Part shown: piece after piece, positions 1 through 12,200 of the stretch
Layout: each line of letters starts with the position of its first letter
Numbering within the stretch: the stretch's first letter is position 1
DNA from: Thecamonas trahens ATCC 50062
Lineage: Eukaryota > Protista > Apusomonadida
Assembly (NCBI RefSeq): GCF_000142905.1
Contig: NW_013657650.1
Location: forward strand, 333,919 to 397,918
Direction: 5' to 3'
DNA: 64,000 nucleotides
The notes under the pieces: model-generated
Told to the model about the DNA's origin: nothing
The model's database searches: none
Seen by the model: only the letters and a program-made list of their open reading frames with translations
Program-made: the position numbers and the translations under genes

Positions 1-394
1 GGCGATCACACACGCAGTAATCGCTCTCCTCATGGCAACCTCATATCATCCCATCCTCACGCCCTCAATGGCGGTCTCACATCTTTGGACCAGCCAGCGG
101 CTCTATCCAGTTTGTTCTTCCAGGCAGAACTAACGGGGTGCATGAGCTAGTACGTAGGGAACTGGTCCGCGCAGTCGAGGTGCACGACGCGTCGGGGAGG
201 AGTAGTCCCGGCCAACTCCCCCCCTTGTCACACCAACCAACCACTCGGCTAGCTCAGCTCCCTCTGCGCCTTCGAATTCGTGTCGCGTCCGCCCCTCCCC
301 CGCTCTCCCCCTCCCCTCCCCCCCTCCCCCTCCCCCTCCCTCTCCCTCCCCCCTCCCTCTCCCACGACCTCAGTATGACTCAACTACATACAAC

Positions 395-1690
395 ATGCTC
401 CGAGCTGTGCGACCTGTTATGGGTGCTGTGAGCCGTGCTGCTGGCGCAGTGTGTGGAGGTGTGACTGGCATGGGAGTGGGCATGACGGCGACCAAGACGG
501 GAGCGGTGACGGGAGTAAGGGCAGCAGGTGGTGCTGCGGCTGCTGCTGGGCTCCATACTACGGCACTTCATGACCTTCATGTTGAACTTGGTGGAAAGAT
601 GGTGGACTATGCTGGATGGTCCATGCCTGTGGTCTATGACTCGGCTTCGGTCAAGGCCTCCCACCTGCATGTGAGGGAGAAGGCTGGCTTGTTTGACGTC
701 TCACACATGGGCGTCCTCAAGGTGTGTGGTCCTGATCGGGCTGAGTTTATGGAGCGTCTGGTGCCGGGCAACCTCAAGATTCTCAAGGATGGCGCATGCA
801 GGCTCTCGGCCTTTCTCAACGCCGACGGAGGCATCATCGACGACGCCATGTTTCAGCGCTTCGACGGCGGTGGCGACGACGGCGACGACGTGCTGATGGT
901 GGTCGTCAACGCGTCGCGGCTTGACGCTGACCTCTCGCACATCGAGGAGCAACTGGCGCTTGCCGAGGATCTCTCGGTGGCAGTCGAGCCGGTCAAGGGT
1001 CACTCGCTGCTGGCGCTGCAAGGCCCCGAGGCTGCTGCCGTCTTCGCCTCGCTGCTCGACACTGCCGACGCAGAGGCCCTGCCCAAGTTCAAGTTTATGA
1101 CCGGCCGCTCGCTCGAACTGGCCAACGGCATGCCAGTCCACGCCACCCGCTGCGGCTACACCGGCGAGGACGGGTTCGAGATCCTTGTCTCCAACGACTA
1201 CGCCGAGGACCTTGCTCGCGCCCTGCTCGCCGACAACCGGGTCGCGCCGGCCGGTCTGGGCGCCCGCGACACGCTCCGCCTCGAGGCCGGACTCTGCCTC
1301 TGGGGCAACGACATCGACGAGACGACGTCGATTGTCGAGGCCGACCTCTCGTGGTTTGTGGGCAAGCGCCGCAAGGATGAGGCCAACTTTATCGGCGCCG
1401 AGCGGACGCTCCGCGAGCTCGCCGACGGCCCGTCGCGCCTCCGCCGCGGCCTTATTGTCGACGGTGCGCCCGTCCGTCAGGGCGCGGTCGTCGTCAATGC
1501 CGAGACCGAGGTCGAGGTTGGCGTCGTCACTTCGGGCGCACCGTCGCCCTCGCTCGGCAAGAACATCGCCCAGGCGTACATCGCCACCGACGCCCAGCTG
1601 GACAAGCTCGCCATCCGTGGCCGCCGCGCCCTCCAGCCCGCCCACCACGTCCCCATGCCGTTTGTCACCTCCAACTACCACAAAGTGTAG
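395..1690 (+). CDS. AMT: Glycine cleavage system T protein (aminomethyltransferase), mitochondrial precursor
   Basis: Motifs TTALHDLH..GGKMVDYAGWSMP, GLFDVSHMG, TRCGYTGEDGFEI, GLGARDTLRLEAGLCLWGND, GVVTSG.PSPSLGKNIA; Arg/Ala-rich, acid-free N-terminus typical of a presequence. Confidence 0.97.
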   Translation: MLRAVRPVMGAVSRAAGAVCGGVTGMGVGMTATKTGAVTGVRAAGGAAAAAGLHTTALHDLHVELGGKMVDYAGWSMPVVYDSASVKASHLHVREKAGLFDVSHMGVLKVCGPDRAEFMERLVPGNLKILKDGACRLSAFLNADGGIIDDAMFQRFDGGGDDGDDVLMVVVNASRLDADLSHIEEQLALAEDLSVAVEPVKGHSLLALQGPEAAAVFASLLDTADAEALPKFKFMTGRSLELANGMPVHATRCGYTGEDGFEILVSNDYAEDLARALLADNRVAPAGLGARDTLRLEAGLCLWGNDIDETTSIVEADLSWFVGKRRKDEANFIGAERTLRELADGPSRLRRGLIVDGAPVRQGAVVVNAETEVEVGVVTSGAPSPSLGKNIAQAYIATDAQLDKLAIRGRRALQPAHHVPMPFVTSNYHKV

Positions 1691-1826
1691 CGTCCTCTGC
1701 CTTGTTGCCCCGTAAGCAAACTTTGTTCCTCTCACCGCGCCTCTACATCGCCCTCTTCACCCATGTCTGTCCCCCACCCGCCGTCGCCGCCACCGCCGCT
1801 CACCAGTGGCCTGCCACGTCAACGTA

Positions 1827-1858
<32 letters not shown>

Positions 1859-1909
1859 ACCACCAGCGTCAGCGTCAGGGCCACCACTTCACCCCATCAC
1901 GACTCCACC

Positions 1910-2821
1910 ATGAGCGAGAGTACGGCAGCTAAGATTGACGGCAAGGCCATTGCCAAGCAAGTTCGGGAGGAGCTGGCTGGCGAGGTCGGCGAGTGGTTGG
2001 CTGGCGGTGAGGGACGCAAGGCGCCGCATCTGGTGGTGGTGGTGGTCGGCGACAGACCGGACTCGCATGCCTATGTCCGCATGAAGATGAAGGCTTGTGC
2101 AGAGGTCGGCATTCGCTCGACAAAGATCGAGATGGTGGGTGATGCCCCGCAGGAGGAGGTCATGGCTCAGGTGGCGGCGCTCGATGCCGATGCTGATGTC
2201 AACTCGATCCTCGTCCAGCTCCCGCTGCCCGATCACGTGGATGAGGCTGCTGTTCTCGAGTGCATTTCGCTGGAGAAGGACGTCGATGGCTTTGCTCCGG
2301 CCAACCTTGGCGCGCTGGCCCTGCGTGGTTACGAGCCAGCCGCTGTGGCCTGCACACCAAAGGGCGTCATGACGCTCCTGGAGCGGTCGGGGGTCGAGAT
2401 TGAGGGCAAGAACGCTGTCGTCCTCGGCCGGTCGAACATTGTCGGCGTGCCGATGGCGCTCTTGCTTATGGCGGCAAACGCCACCGTCACCATCTGCCAC
2501 TCGCGGACCGCCGACATCCGCGACCACGTCTCGCGGGCGGACATTGTTGTCGCCGCCGTCGGCCGCCCGGAAATGGTCAAGGGCGAGTGGCTCAAGCCCG
2601 GTGCTGTCATCATCGATGTCGGCATGAACAAGAAGGACGATCCGTCGCGCAAGTCGGGCTACCGCTGGGTCGGCGACGTCGACTACGCCTCTGCCTCCAC
2701 CGTCGCCTCGGCCATCACCCCAGTGCCCGGCGGCGTCGGGCCCATGACCGTCGCCACCCTCCTTTGCAACGCCTTTGCCGCCGCTAAGCGCCAGCATCAG
2801 GCTGCTACCGAGACAGAGTAA
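1910..2821 (+). CDS. folD: Bifunctional methylenetetrahydrofolate dehydrogenase/cyclohydrolase (FolD family)
   Basis: Motifs IDGKAIA, YVRMKMKAC, ILVQLPLP, EKDVDGF, CTPKG, GRSNIVG, TVTICHS, TPVPGGVGPMTVA. Homology starts at ATG 1910; an in-frame upstream ATG at 1763 adds only Pro/Thr low-complexity sequence. Confidence 0.96.
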   Translation: MSESTAAKIDGKAIAKQVREELAGEVGEWLAGGEGRKAPHLVVVVVGDRPDSHAYVRMKMKACAEVGIRSTKIEMVGDAPQEEVMAQVAALDADADVNSILVQLPLPDHVDEAAVLECISLEKDVDGFAPANLGALALRGYEPAAVACTPKGVMTLLERSGVEIEGKNAVVLGRSNIVGVPMALLLMAANATVTICHSRTADIRDHVSRADIVVAAVGRPEMVKGEWLKPGAVIIDVGMNKKDDPSRKSGYRWVGDVDYASASTVASAITPVPGGVGPMTVATLLCNAFAAAKRQHQAATETE

Positions 2822-3210
2822 CACGCCATCGGGCGCATCGCATCGCGCCTCCCGCCTTCCAGAGGCGTGCACTTGAGACGTTGTGCTGACGTCGAGGTCA
2901 GGACACCCGAGATCAGACCAAAAACAAGTCGTAGGCACGTCGACGACGCCCCCAACGTGCTACGACCTACCCCCCCCCCCCCCCCCCCGCCCTTTTCTCC
3001 CTCCCTCCCCCTCCCTTCCCTAAATAAATCATCGAGCCCTCCAGTTTCTTCTTTCACGTGTCGATGGGCCCTTTTTTCTTTCCCTCTGAGCTTTTTTTTC
3101 GCCATATGCCGCGTGCGACCACATTCGGCAGCGTCAACAGCGGGCAGGAGGGCGGCGGCGTGAGGGGGTGGGAGTTGGGGGCATCCGTCTCGCAAACGAG
3201 AAAATCCAGG

Positions 3211-6200
3211 ATGGCGGAGAACACGCATACGGAGACGGGACGTACCGGAGAGTCCATTGTGGCAGGTGGTGTTGCTGAGGAGGGCCAGGTGATGCCTGGA
3301 GCGGCAGGGCAAGATGGGCTTGGTGGTGACGACGGCTTGCCGGGTGTTTCTTCTTCCACTGGCGAATCAAGCAACCATGCCAATGGAGCTGGTGATGGCG
3401 ACGGCGACGGTGAGGGCGGCGACGGCGGCGGGCCGACGGCTGCTGGTGGCGATGGAGGCGATGATGATGCGGCGAATGATGGCAACGAAGGTGCGGAGAA
3501 CGAGGCGGAAACTGGTGGAGACCAGCTGCCGGACAACTACAAGCGCTGCGCGGCGACAACGACCGATGAGATGCCGCCGCCGTCGTATGTCACCTTTGCG
3601 CGGGTCACGCCGCAGCTTCTGGCCGAACCCGAGTTTCTCATCGGTGAAGGCGTGCGGCTCGTGGAGCACCGCGAGGGTGAGCCGTTCCAACCTCGCTCGC
3701 TGGATGAACTCCCGCCGGAGGCTGCTCGCGTGGTGGCCAACCACTTGGCCGACACCCGTAAGGATGTTCTCGCCGACTCGTCCAACCAGCACTTTGTCAA
3801 GTCGCTCCACTCTGCGCTCAACACACTGCTGGACTTGCCGGCCTCGCACGCCGACCACGTCCTTGCCGCTCGAGCCGAGCTCCTCCGCACCCTCGCTTCG
3901 GCCATCGACATCCGCAAGGCGCCGCGCAAGGCGCAGATGCCACCCGGAGCTGCCAAAGAGCCGCACACTCCGCTGCCACTGGCCGAGCCGTCGGCATCAC
4001 TCCTGTCGCCGCCCAAACTCACCACGGACGACAGCCTCGACACGCTCACGGTGGCACAGCAGTCGGTCCTCAACATGGGCCTCAACGTCGTGCTCACTCT
4101 CCTCAAGACGACGTCGGCAACTGATCCGGGTCTCACCGCCGTCATTCTTGCCTCACTCCGCGACATCCTGACCACGCTCGAGCCGCTTGCGCTCGCATCT
4201 CTCGCGTCGTCACCGATGTGGGCCAACGCGCTCACCTGTATCGACGCCTGGCTCGATTTTGTGCTCTCCTCACCGACTACAACGCCAGAGAACCTGCAGC
4301 ACACGCTGCAGCTCAAGTTTGGCCTTGCTCTCGGACAGGGCTCCCTCGAGCGCTCGCTGCTGGCGGTTCACGCCATCCTGGCGTCGCCGACCCTCAACGC
4401 CTCGCTAGCGACCCTCAACTCGAGCCACGTTCTCGACGAGTTCCTCACGCCGCTCGCCAACGCCACCGCTGCCTCGCGCCTCGACTTTCTCAAGTCGGAC
4501 TACATCCTGGCCATCGGCTCGCGCCCGGCGACCCGCACCTCCCTGACGACCGCGCCGTGGGACGCCGTGCTCGCCTCGAGGGCGTCCGCCATTGCGTGTG
4601 ACGGTACCTACGTCTACATCCACGACATTCATGGCCTGCACAAGCTCGGCTCTGGCGAGCATGGCACGCTCTACTGCAAGGTGTACGCGTCCAACCCCTC
4701 CATCGGCTCCGGTATCGGCACTCGCTCGCAGCTTGTCTACGCCGGCGGCAAGCTTCTGTTCTTCCCGTCGGACGAGACTCGCGCTGCGCTGCCGGAGCCG
4801 CTGGCGGCCACGTCGCGGTTGACGTACTTTGAGGTCGACACCGAGAGCCTCGAGCTTGGAGCAAGCGTCGAGCTTCCGCTCGAAGCCGACTCACCACGCC
4901 CAGGCCTCATGGGCTGCGAGGACAAGTTGTACGCAGTGGCGCCGACCAAGCTCCTCGCCTCCGAGACCGTGCTCGACGTGACCACGAGCCCGGCGCCCAA
5001 GACGGTGGTTGTCCACGAGCTCGACGCTACGGCCGCCGCGCCGACGCTGGTCCGGCGCATTCCGCTCGGGAGGCATACCACTGGCGCGACTTATGTCGGG
5101 CCCTCGGTCATGGAGCGCGACTCGTGCTTTGAGGACTCGTCGGCGTCGTCGCCGTGGAACGTCGGGATCGTCCTCGGCTGCCCGATCGAGCGCGACGGGC
5201 GGCTCTCTGGCTGGCGGTTCCACTGCCACCGCGCAGGCACGCTCTGGCTCCAGATCTACCGGCCAACCAAGGATCCCGATCTCTACGACCTCGTGTACCA
5301 GTCATCGTGCTCTGCAGTTGTGGGCATCAACGGCATCCGCTTCCTCCGCAACCAGTACGTCGACGTCAAGGCCGGCGACTGCATTGGCTTTGCCTCGACC
5401 GAAAAGCATCTCATTCTCTCGTACACGCCCAACCATGGGCCAGAGCACTTTATCCGCACCTCTTCGTGCAACTCGCCGGCATCGCTCACCCACGGCGGGA
5501 CCTACCGGTTCTTTGGCTACGCAACCCACGTTCCGTCGCTCACGGCGCGTATCCTGCCGCCAAAGTCGGCCTCACTCTCGGCCCCGGTCAAGATCGTCAC
5601 CCCGTGGACCGTTCCCGACAATCTCTGTGCCGAGACCCAAATGTACACCGACGGAGTGGTGCTCATTTTCAACATCCCGTACTACATCGGCATGCCGCTC
5701 AACACGTGCGATCCAGGCCTCGCTGTCATGTACGGCATGCTCCTGCAGCCGGGCGACGTGTCGGCGCCCATGGGCGATCCGTACATGTACGCCACGATCT
5801 CGCGGTCGGGCTTTTCACGTGAGCACGCCGTCGCCTACGATCCAATCAACTCACTGCTGTGGCGGTACAATGCGGCTACGCTCTCGGTCTACAAGCACAT
5901 TGCGCTGCGGGCGACGCCGACCGCCACCGGCTCGGGCATCCCGGACATTACCAACCGCAGCAATTTTGTTCCGGCCGCCCGCGAGCGCGGGCTCACCTCG
6001 ACCCAGCTCCTTGCCGCTAACGTGGCGCAGCTCCAGGCCGAGCCGTCGACCTCACTCGCGACCCATCTTGCTGCCGAGGTGCTCGCCCACGTTGCGTACG
6101 CCTCGTTCATGTCGTCGATCAACGAGAACCAGGCGTACATCTCGTCGACGCTTGACCTGATTCCGTCGCCGCCGACGGCGTTTGCGGTCGACAAGCCGCG

Positions 6201-9200
6201 GGCCGTCCGTGCGCTTCTCACCGCGCTTGTCGCACCGGGAGCCGACGGTTCGCCACCGGCCTCATACGCGCTCGTCCACTCGGCGCTCTCGCTCCTCGCC
6301 CAGCACACAGGGACACTTGTTGCGCTTGTCGAGGCGCCCGAGCTCAGCGAGGACGAGTCGGACACGACCACGCCGCCGCCGGACCCCGAGGCTGACAAGG
6401 ACGCCATCGCCGCACTCGTCGCCGCCGTTCTTCCGTGGACCGATCCGGCCGGCCTCCCGGCCCAGGCGCCGAAGCTCGCCGAGCACATGGTGGCGTCGGC
6501 AACTGCTGTTGTCGTTGCCTCGCTCGCCATTTTTTATCCGCAGCTCGACGACAAGCTTGCCGCGCTTGCCGCGCTCCTCACAACGCCGCCTGGCTCGCTG
6601 CCCGCGCCCGGGCCGAGCGATGCACGACTGGTCCCGGCACTTGCGGGCACTGTCATCTTTGAACTCGTTGACGCTATGGCACTCCCGGATCTTGCTGCGT
6701 CCTCCTCTGAGACGACACAGACCGCTGGTCAGGTCATTACTGCTGCAGTCGGTCTGCTCGGGGCAGACGAGCCGGCCATGGCCGAGGCTGCTGAGAAGCT
6801 CCTCTGGACCGCCATCAAGGCTGTGCTGCTCGGCATGTCCAAGACCGAGTCTGCCGAGCCTCTGCGCCAGCTCCTTGTCCTCCTCGTTCAGCTCCTCACA
6901 GAAGCAACTCGCGAGCTTGTGGCTGACGGGGCGGCGTCGCTGGCGTCGCCGCTGCCCGCTACCGTTCACCTCACCCGTGAGCTCGTGGTCGGACTCTCGT
7001 TCCTGGGCAAGCCATTTGCACACATTGCGCCGCTCCTGCCGTCGCTCGAGGCGCTTTACGAGACACTTGTGGCAGCCAAGGCGCCGCCGGCACCTGTTCG
7101 CGACACTGTGGTGGCCGTCTCGTCGATGCGGTATGTTGCGTCGTCGCACCCGATTGTTATTTCGTCCGAGACTCAGGAGGACGTGGTGCCTGTCAAGGTG
7201 CCCGGAGCCAAGGCGTTGCTGATCAAGTTCCACCGCGCGTCGACGCTCGACTCGGAGGGCCGGTTCTTTGTTACCAACTCACGGAGTGAGCCGACTGCCG
7301 GCAAGGACGTGGTCTTCGAGTTTGAGCCGAACCGGTTTCCGCGTGACGGCGTGGTAGTGACCGGCGACGTTGTTAACTTTGTCTACCAGCGGACCATCTT
7401 TGCCACTGCCACCTGGGGCTGGCACGCCACCATCTACTCGATCGCAGAACACGAGCCATCGCCTCTCTCGTGGCTGGAAGAGCTCACCGCCGCCGTGGCG
7501 CACCAGATCGGGACTGGGCTCGGCCGCATGGTTGTCTCGCTGCCCAAGACCGACCAGGAGCAAACCGCCGCGCGTTGGCTCGATTCGAACCTCATGCGTG
7601 CCGGCTCGCTGCGGACGCTCGCCGACATGGACAGCGACTCGATTGCAGCCGCTCTCAAATCTGCGGCACTGCCACCGACACTGCTTGATGAGCTCCCACC
7701 GAGTCCCGCAGCGTCGATGCCTATGATCACCCAGGCCTCGCTCTCGCCGTCGGAGCAAGAGTACGTCGACGAGCTGGCTGCGTACCCGGCGCCGGAGGAG
7801 CACTCGCCGCTTCTTGCTGCCACGCGCAAGCTGGTGCTTGAAGTGTTGTCGAACCTAGCGGCCGAGGCTTCGCAGATTGCTGTGAGCCGGCGCGCCGCGC
7901 CCGAGGTGTATCTCGCCGACCCGCTCTTCTACCCACTCCTTGCACTCTTCCTTGTCCATTCGGTTGCGGTCCCGCGATTCCTGGCTGCCGTGCGAGCGCG
8001 AGTTGAAGTCAGCAGCGTCGGCGCAACGGCGTCCGCTGACGACGACGCGAGCGTTGCCGGCGACAAGACCAAGAGCAAGCGGAAGCGGCCGAATCTCTCA
8101 GTCCAGATCGCGGCGCCCGGCACGCCGCCGCCTGAGGCTGCAAGCAGCACTGGAAGCGTCGCGCTACCGAGCGACGCGGTGGCCATTATTGCCACTGTCA
8201 AGGCGCTGTGCGACACGGCGTTTTTCCGCAAGCGCGAGCTCGGCATTGCGTCTGCTGCGTCACACGAGGCTGGCGGGAGCGGCGACGAGGCCAGCTCATC
8301 GGCAGATGCCGACACACTGACGCCGGACCTCATTGCGCGGATCCAGTTTGTACTCTCCATGGCACCGTTTACAACGACGTCGGCTGTGGAGGCCGACGAG
8401 CCAGAGACGCCTGCTGTGCCGGCGTCACCTTCGGCGGCGGCCGCCGGAGCTGCGGTGGGCAAGGGCTCCAAGTGGAACAAGCTGCGGAGCTCACTGCGGA
8501 CTATCTCGATGTGGAAGCGGCTGCGGACGCCGAGCGCAACTGGGCCCGGGCCGGCGGATGGGTCGGCAACGACGCTGACTGCGCCGACGGCCTCGGCTGT
8601 GCTCCCGTCCACACTCTCGACACTAGAGGTCAACGTGCGCCTATTCCTCTTCTCCGGCTCTGCCGACGATCTCGAGTCGCTGTCGTCGGCGGTGGTGCTG
8701 CGTTCTGTCCGCGGACGGATCCGGCTTGCTGCACTTCAGTACCTTGGGCGCCTTCTGAGCCTGTCGCCAATGCCGCCGCCGGCGTCGCACGAGCTTGTGC
8801 TCAAGGCTGTGGCCGATGCGTTCCACTCGATGCCGACGCCGTCGTCACGGGCGGTGCCGCATGTACTGGACCACATTAACGGGAGCTCGGCGTCGCTGTC
8901 AATGGCGATTGTGCAGGCTCACCAGGCGCTGCTGCAGACGCTGTTCTCGTCACTGCCGCCGGTGAGCGAGCTGTCAGACCTGACGTCGCTCACGCCGCTG
9001 CAGCGGATCACGTTCCGTCTGCTCTCGACCGGGATTCGGACGGCGGACCGTGCGTTCATTCTCACCTCGGGCGTGCTAGACTACCTGTGGCAGCTGGCAC
9101 ACAACACGCCGGCAGCAAACAAGGCGACAACGACCGCGGCATGGATGCTCTTTGCCTTCCTCATGCTGCAGTGCGTCGACGATGCGTCGAGCACGAGGAA

Positions 9201-12200
9201 CGAGGCCGGTACTGGGCCACAGCTGGGGCTCTCAGAGCCCGGCTCTTCCGGCTCGTCGGCTGGCCCGTCGCCTGCGGCCTCGACGCCGGTCTCGGAGACG
9301 CCGCGGCCAGAGCCGGGCATGGCGGACAACTTTTCACGCGATCCGCGGGCCAAGCTCATCCGCCACATGGGGGTGTGGATCCGTAAGGAGCTCGCGGCAC
9401 TCGAAGCTGGGGCAACGGCGAGCGATACCCAGCTGTGTGCTGTTGTCTCGTTGATGTACTCGCTGTCACGGTCACCGGCGATGCAGGCACTGCTCTTCTC
9501 ATCGCAGCTCCTCGCGCTCACGGTGTCGCTCATCCAGAGCGAGGCTGTGGCGAGCGCGACCAAACAGGTTGCGGTCCATGTCCTGCAAGCGCTGCTCCCG
9601 CTGGCGCGGCCAGAGACGTTTGTGGCGGCGCCGGTGGCGACGCTCGACGACGCGCTCGAGGCATCGTCGGCATCGTCGGCGTCGGTCAGCGCTGTTCTGG
9701 ACACACTTTACGCCGAGACTATCAAGTGCGCGCTCGCGGAGCGGTACGGTGCGAGCGCAGTTGCGGCAGCCAAGGGCGCGGCGAAGGGCAAGGAAGTCGA
9801 AGACGAGGCTAGTGACGATGTGCGGTCGACGCCGTCGCTCCTCCATGCGCTCGCAGAGCTTTTCCGCTCACTCCTTGCCGGCTCGCCGTTCTCGCGGCAT
9901 GTGCGCAAGCTGCTGGAGGCGTCGCTGGCAAGCCTGGCTTCGTCTCCTGGCATGGAGCGTGTGCTCGAGCTGGCGAGTGAGGCGCGCGATGTCGAGTCGA
10001 TGTGCGCAGACGCCGAGCTTACGACGGTCCTGACGATCCTTGCTCCGCTGCCTGAGGTAGTGTATCCGGGTGCGCATGTGCGCATTCTGTCACGGGAGGA
10101 TGCGTCGACCAAGTACGGGACCGTCATCGACGTGGAGGGTACCGGGGCCGAGCGCACAGCCAAGGTCATGTTCCCGAGCGGCGAGAAGACGATCGAGCTG
10201 ATGGACGTGCTCACGGTGATCAAGCCTGTTGTGACCGCCAACCACTTTCCGGTGCCAAAGGCGCTGCTCTCGCTGTTTGTCAGTATGACATCTGGTGGGC
10301 GGGTTGTGTCATTGGCGGGACTCTGGCTGCGGGAGCGGATTCTTGCGGTGCTGTGTGCTCTGCTTCCGACGACGGAGAGCCTTTCGCGACTGAGCGCGAG
10401 CGGGGACAGTGCACAGATTGCGGAGGTGGCCAAGGCGGCACGGGAGCTCGCGCAGCGGCCGTCGTACCTGCCTGCCCGCGAGGTGCAGACGGAGTGGGTG
10501 ATGCACGCACACGAGCTTTTGCCGACGCTGCACGCCAACGCGGAGAAGGTGCGCGGAAGTGTGGCGCACGTCAAGGGCCAAAAGTCAGACGTGCTTGACG
10601 AGGCAACCCGCCTGACATCGTCGGTGGGCATGGCGCCGTCTGACATCTCGAACCTGGGCATGCAGTTCCAGATGATGGACATGGACCACGACGGGTTTGT
10701 GACTGCCGACGACATCCGACTGTACTCGTCGTCGCCTCAGGAGGCGGATTCGCTCATTGCAGGCCTGACGTTTGAGAACGGACAGGTCGATGGCCTTCGG
10801 TTTGTGGTTGGCCTTGTCAACGCTGCGATTCGTGAGGGTATGGAGACGAACAACTCGTTGTCGTCGCCTGCAGCCATGCAGGCTGCTCTGCAGTCGGTGT
10901 TTGGCGGAGTGGCGGCAAGCTCACTGAGTCTTGAGCTCGAGGCGCCCAAGGCGCTGGCGGGCACGTCTGTGGCGAGCCTCCACTCGGCAGGACTGGGCAA
11001 GATTGATGTCGGCAAGCGACTGAGCGGGCAGTTTGTGCTTGTGGCTGGCAACAAGTGGGCGCGACCAAGGGAGGCGTGGCGGTGGTGGTATTTGACGGCC
11101 ACGACACTGCGCCCGAGGCGGAGGCTCTGGGCGCGATTGGCGAGTCTGCAGCCAGCGCCGGTGCGCGGGCAGTGGTGGTCGCTGTGGCGGATCCAGCGAG
11201 CTACTCCGAGTCTGGTGCCGTCTTTGATGCGCTTGACCTCAAGGTCCCACTTGCAGTTGTGGACCTTGCTGCGTTCCGCGAGTGCATCAACTTGCTCGAG
11301 TTGGGAGCTGCAGCGGCGGAAGCGTCGGCGACGATCGACGAGTCAGCTGTGCTTGCGCCGCTGGTGACAGAGCTCTCGCGGAGCATGGAGGCCGCTAGCT
11401 GCGGCGAAGCATGGGCCGAGTTTGCCATGTCTTCGGTCCAGGTCTCAACGACGGCGGCGGATGCGGCGTCGAGCGCCGAACTGGGTGCCGAGTCTAGTGT
11501 GATTGCTGACGAGAGCGGAGCCGCGGTCCTGGACGACGCTGAGGCGGAGGCTGGTCGCGAGGTCTCGGCCGAGGCCGAGGCACGAGTCGAGGCTGAGGCC
11601 GAGGCACCTGTCGAGGTCGACCCGAGCACGCTTTCGATCGAAGAGCTGGTGAGATTTGAGGGCACCCACTATGTGATCAAGCGGAACCACCTGCTGAATG
11701 TAGTGGTGGAGCGCTCTATGCGCGATGCCAACTCGGAGGAGGAGCGAGCGGAGATGGCGGAGCAGCTGCAGGGCATGACCGAAAACGAGCGGATCGATGC
11801 GTTTGTCGATGTGCACTCTGACGTGGACGAGGATGGGCGGTCGGCGCTGGAGTTGATGTACAAGCTCTGGTTCATGCCTGGTTCGCAGATCCAGATTGCG
11901 GCTGCGCCTGATGTCGAGTCGCGGATGGCCTGTGTGGAGGCGCTGTATGCCAAGGCCTCGCCGTCTGTGCGCCTGGCTGCGATGCAGCGGCTAGCGCTGT
12001 TGCGGGTCAACTTTGACGGGCCGCCGGAGGAGGTCATGTCGCTGCTGTCGCGGATGATGGACGAGGAGCCCATGTCTGTGTACGCAACGTTTATGAGTTT
12101 GGCGCTGGAGCATGTTGAGGACCCGAACGTCATGTTTGCCACGGTTCTGGTGCCGTTCATTCTGCGGGCCCACACGCCCGAGTCTGAGCTTGACGACGAG

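Noticed and set aside
1685-1880. Intron that would splice GcvT to FolD
   Set aside because: The good donor GTAAGC (1712) lies after the stop, and the weak GT at 1685 has no in-phase CAG acceptor at 1806, 1866, 1872 or 1878.
701-2938. Long antisense ORFs (also 43251-44900, 49672-51477, 51573-52724 and others)
   Set aside because: Shadow frames expected from high GC3 codon bias opposite well-supported genes; no recognisable motifs.
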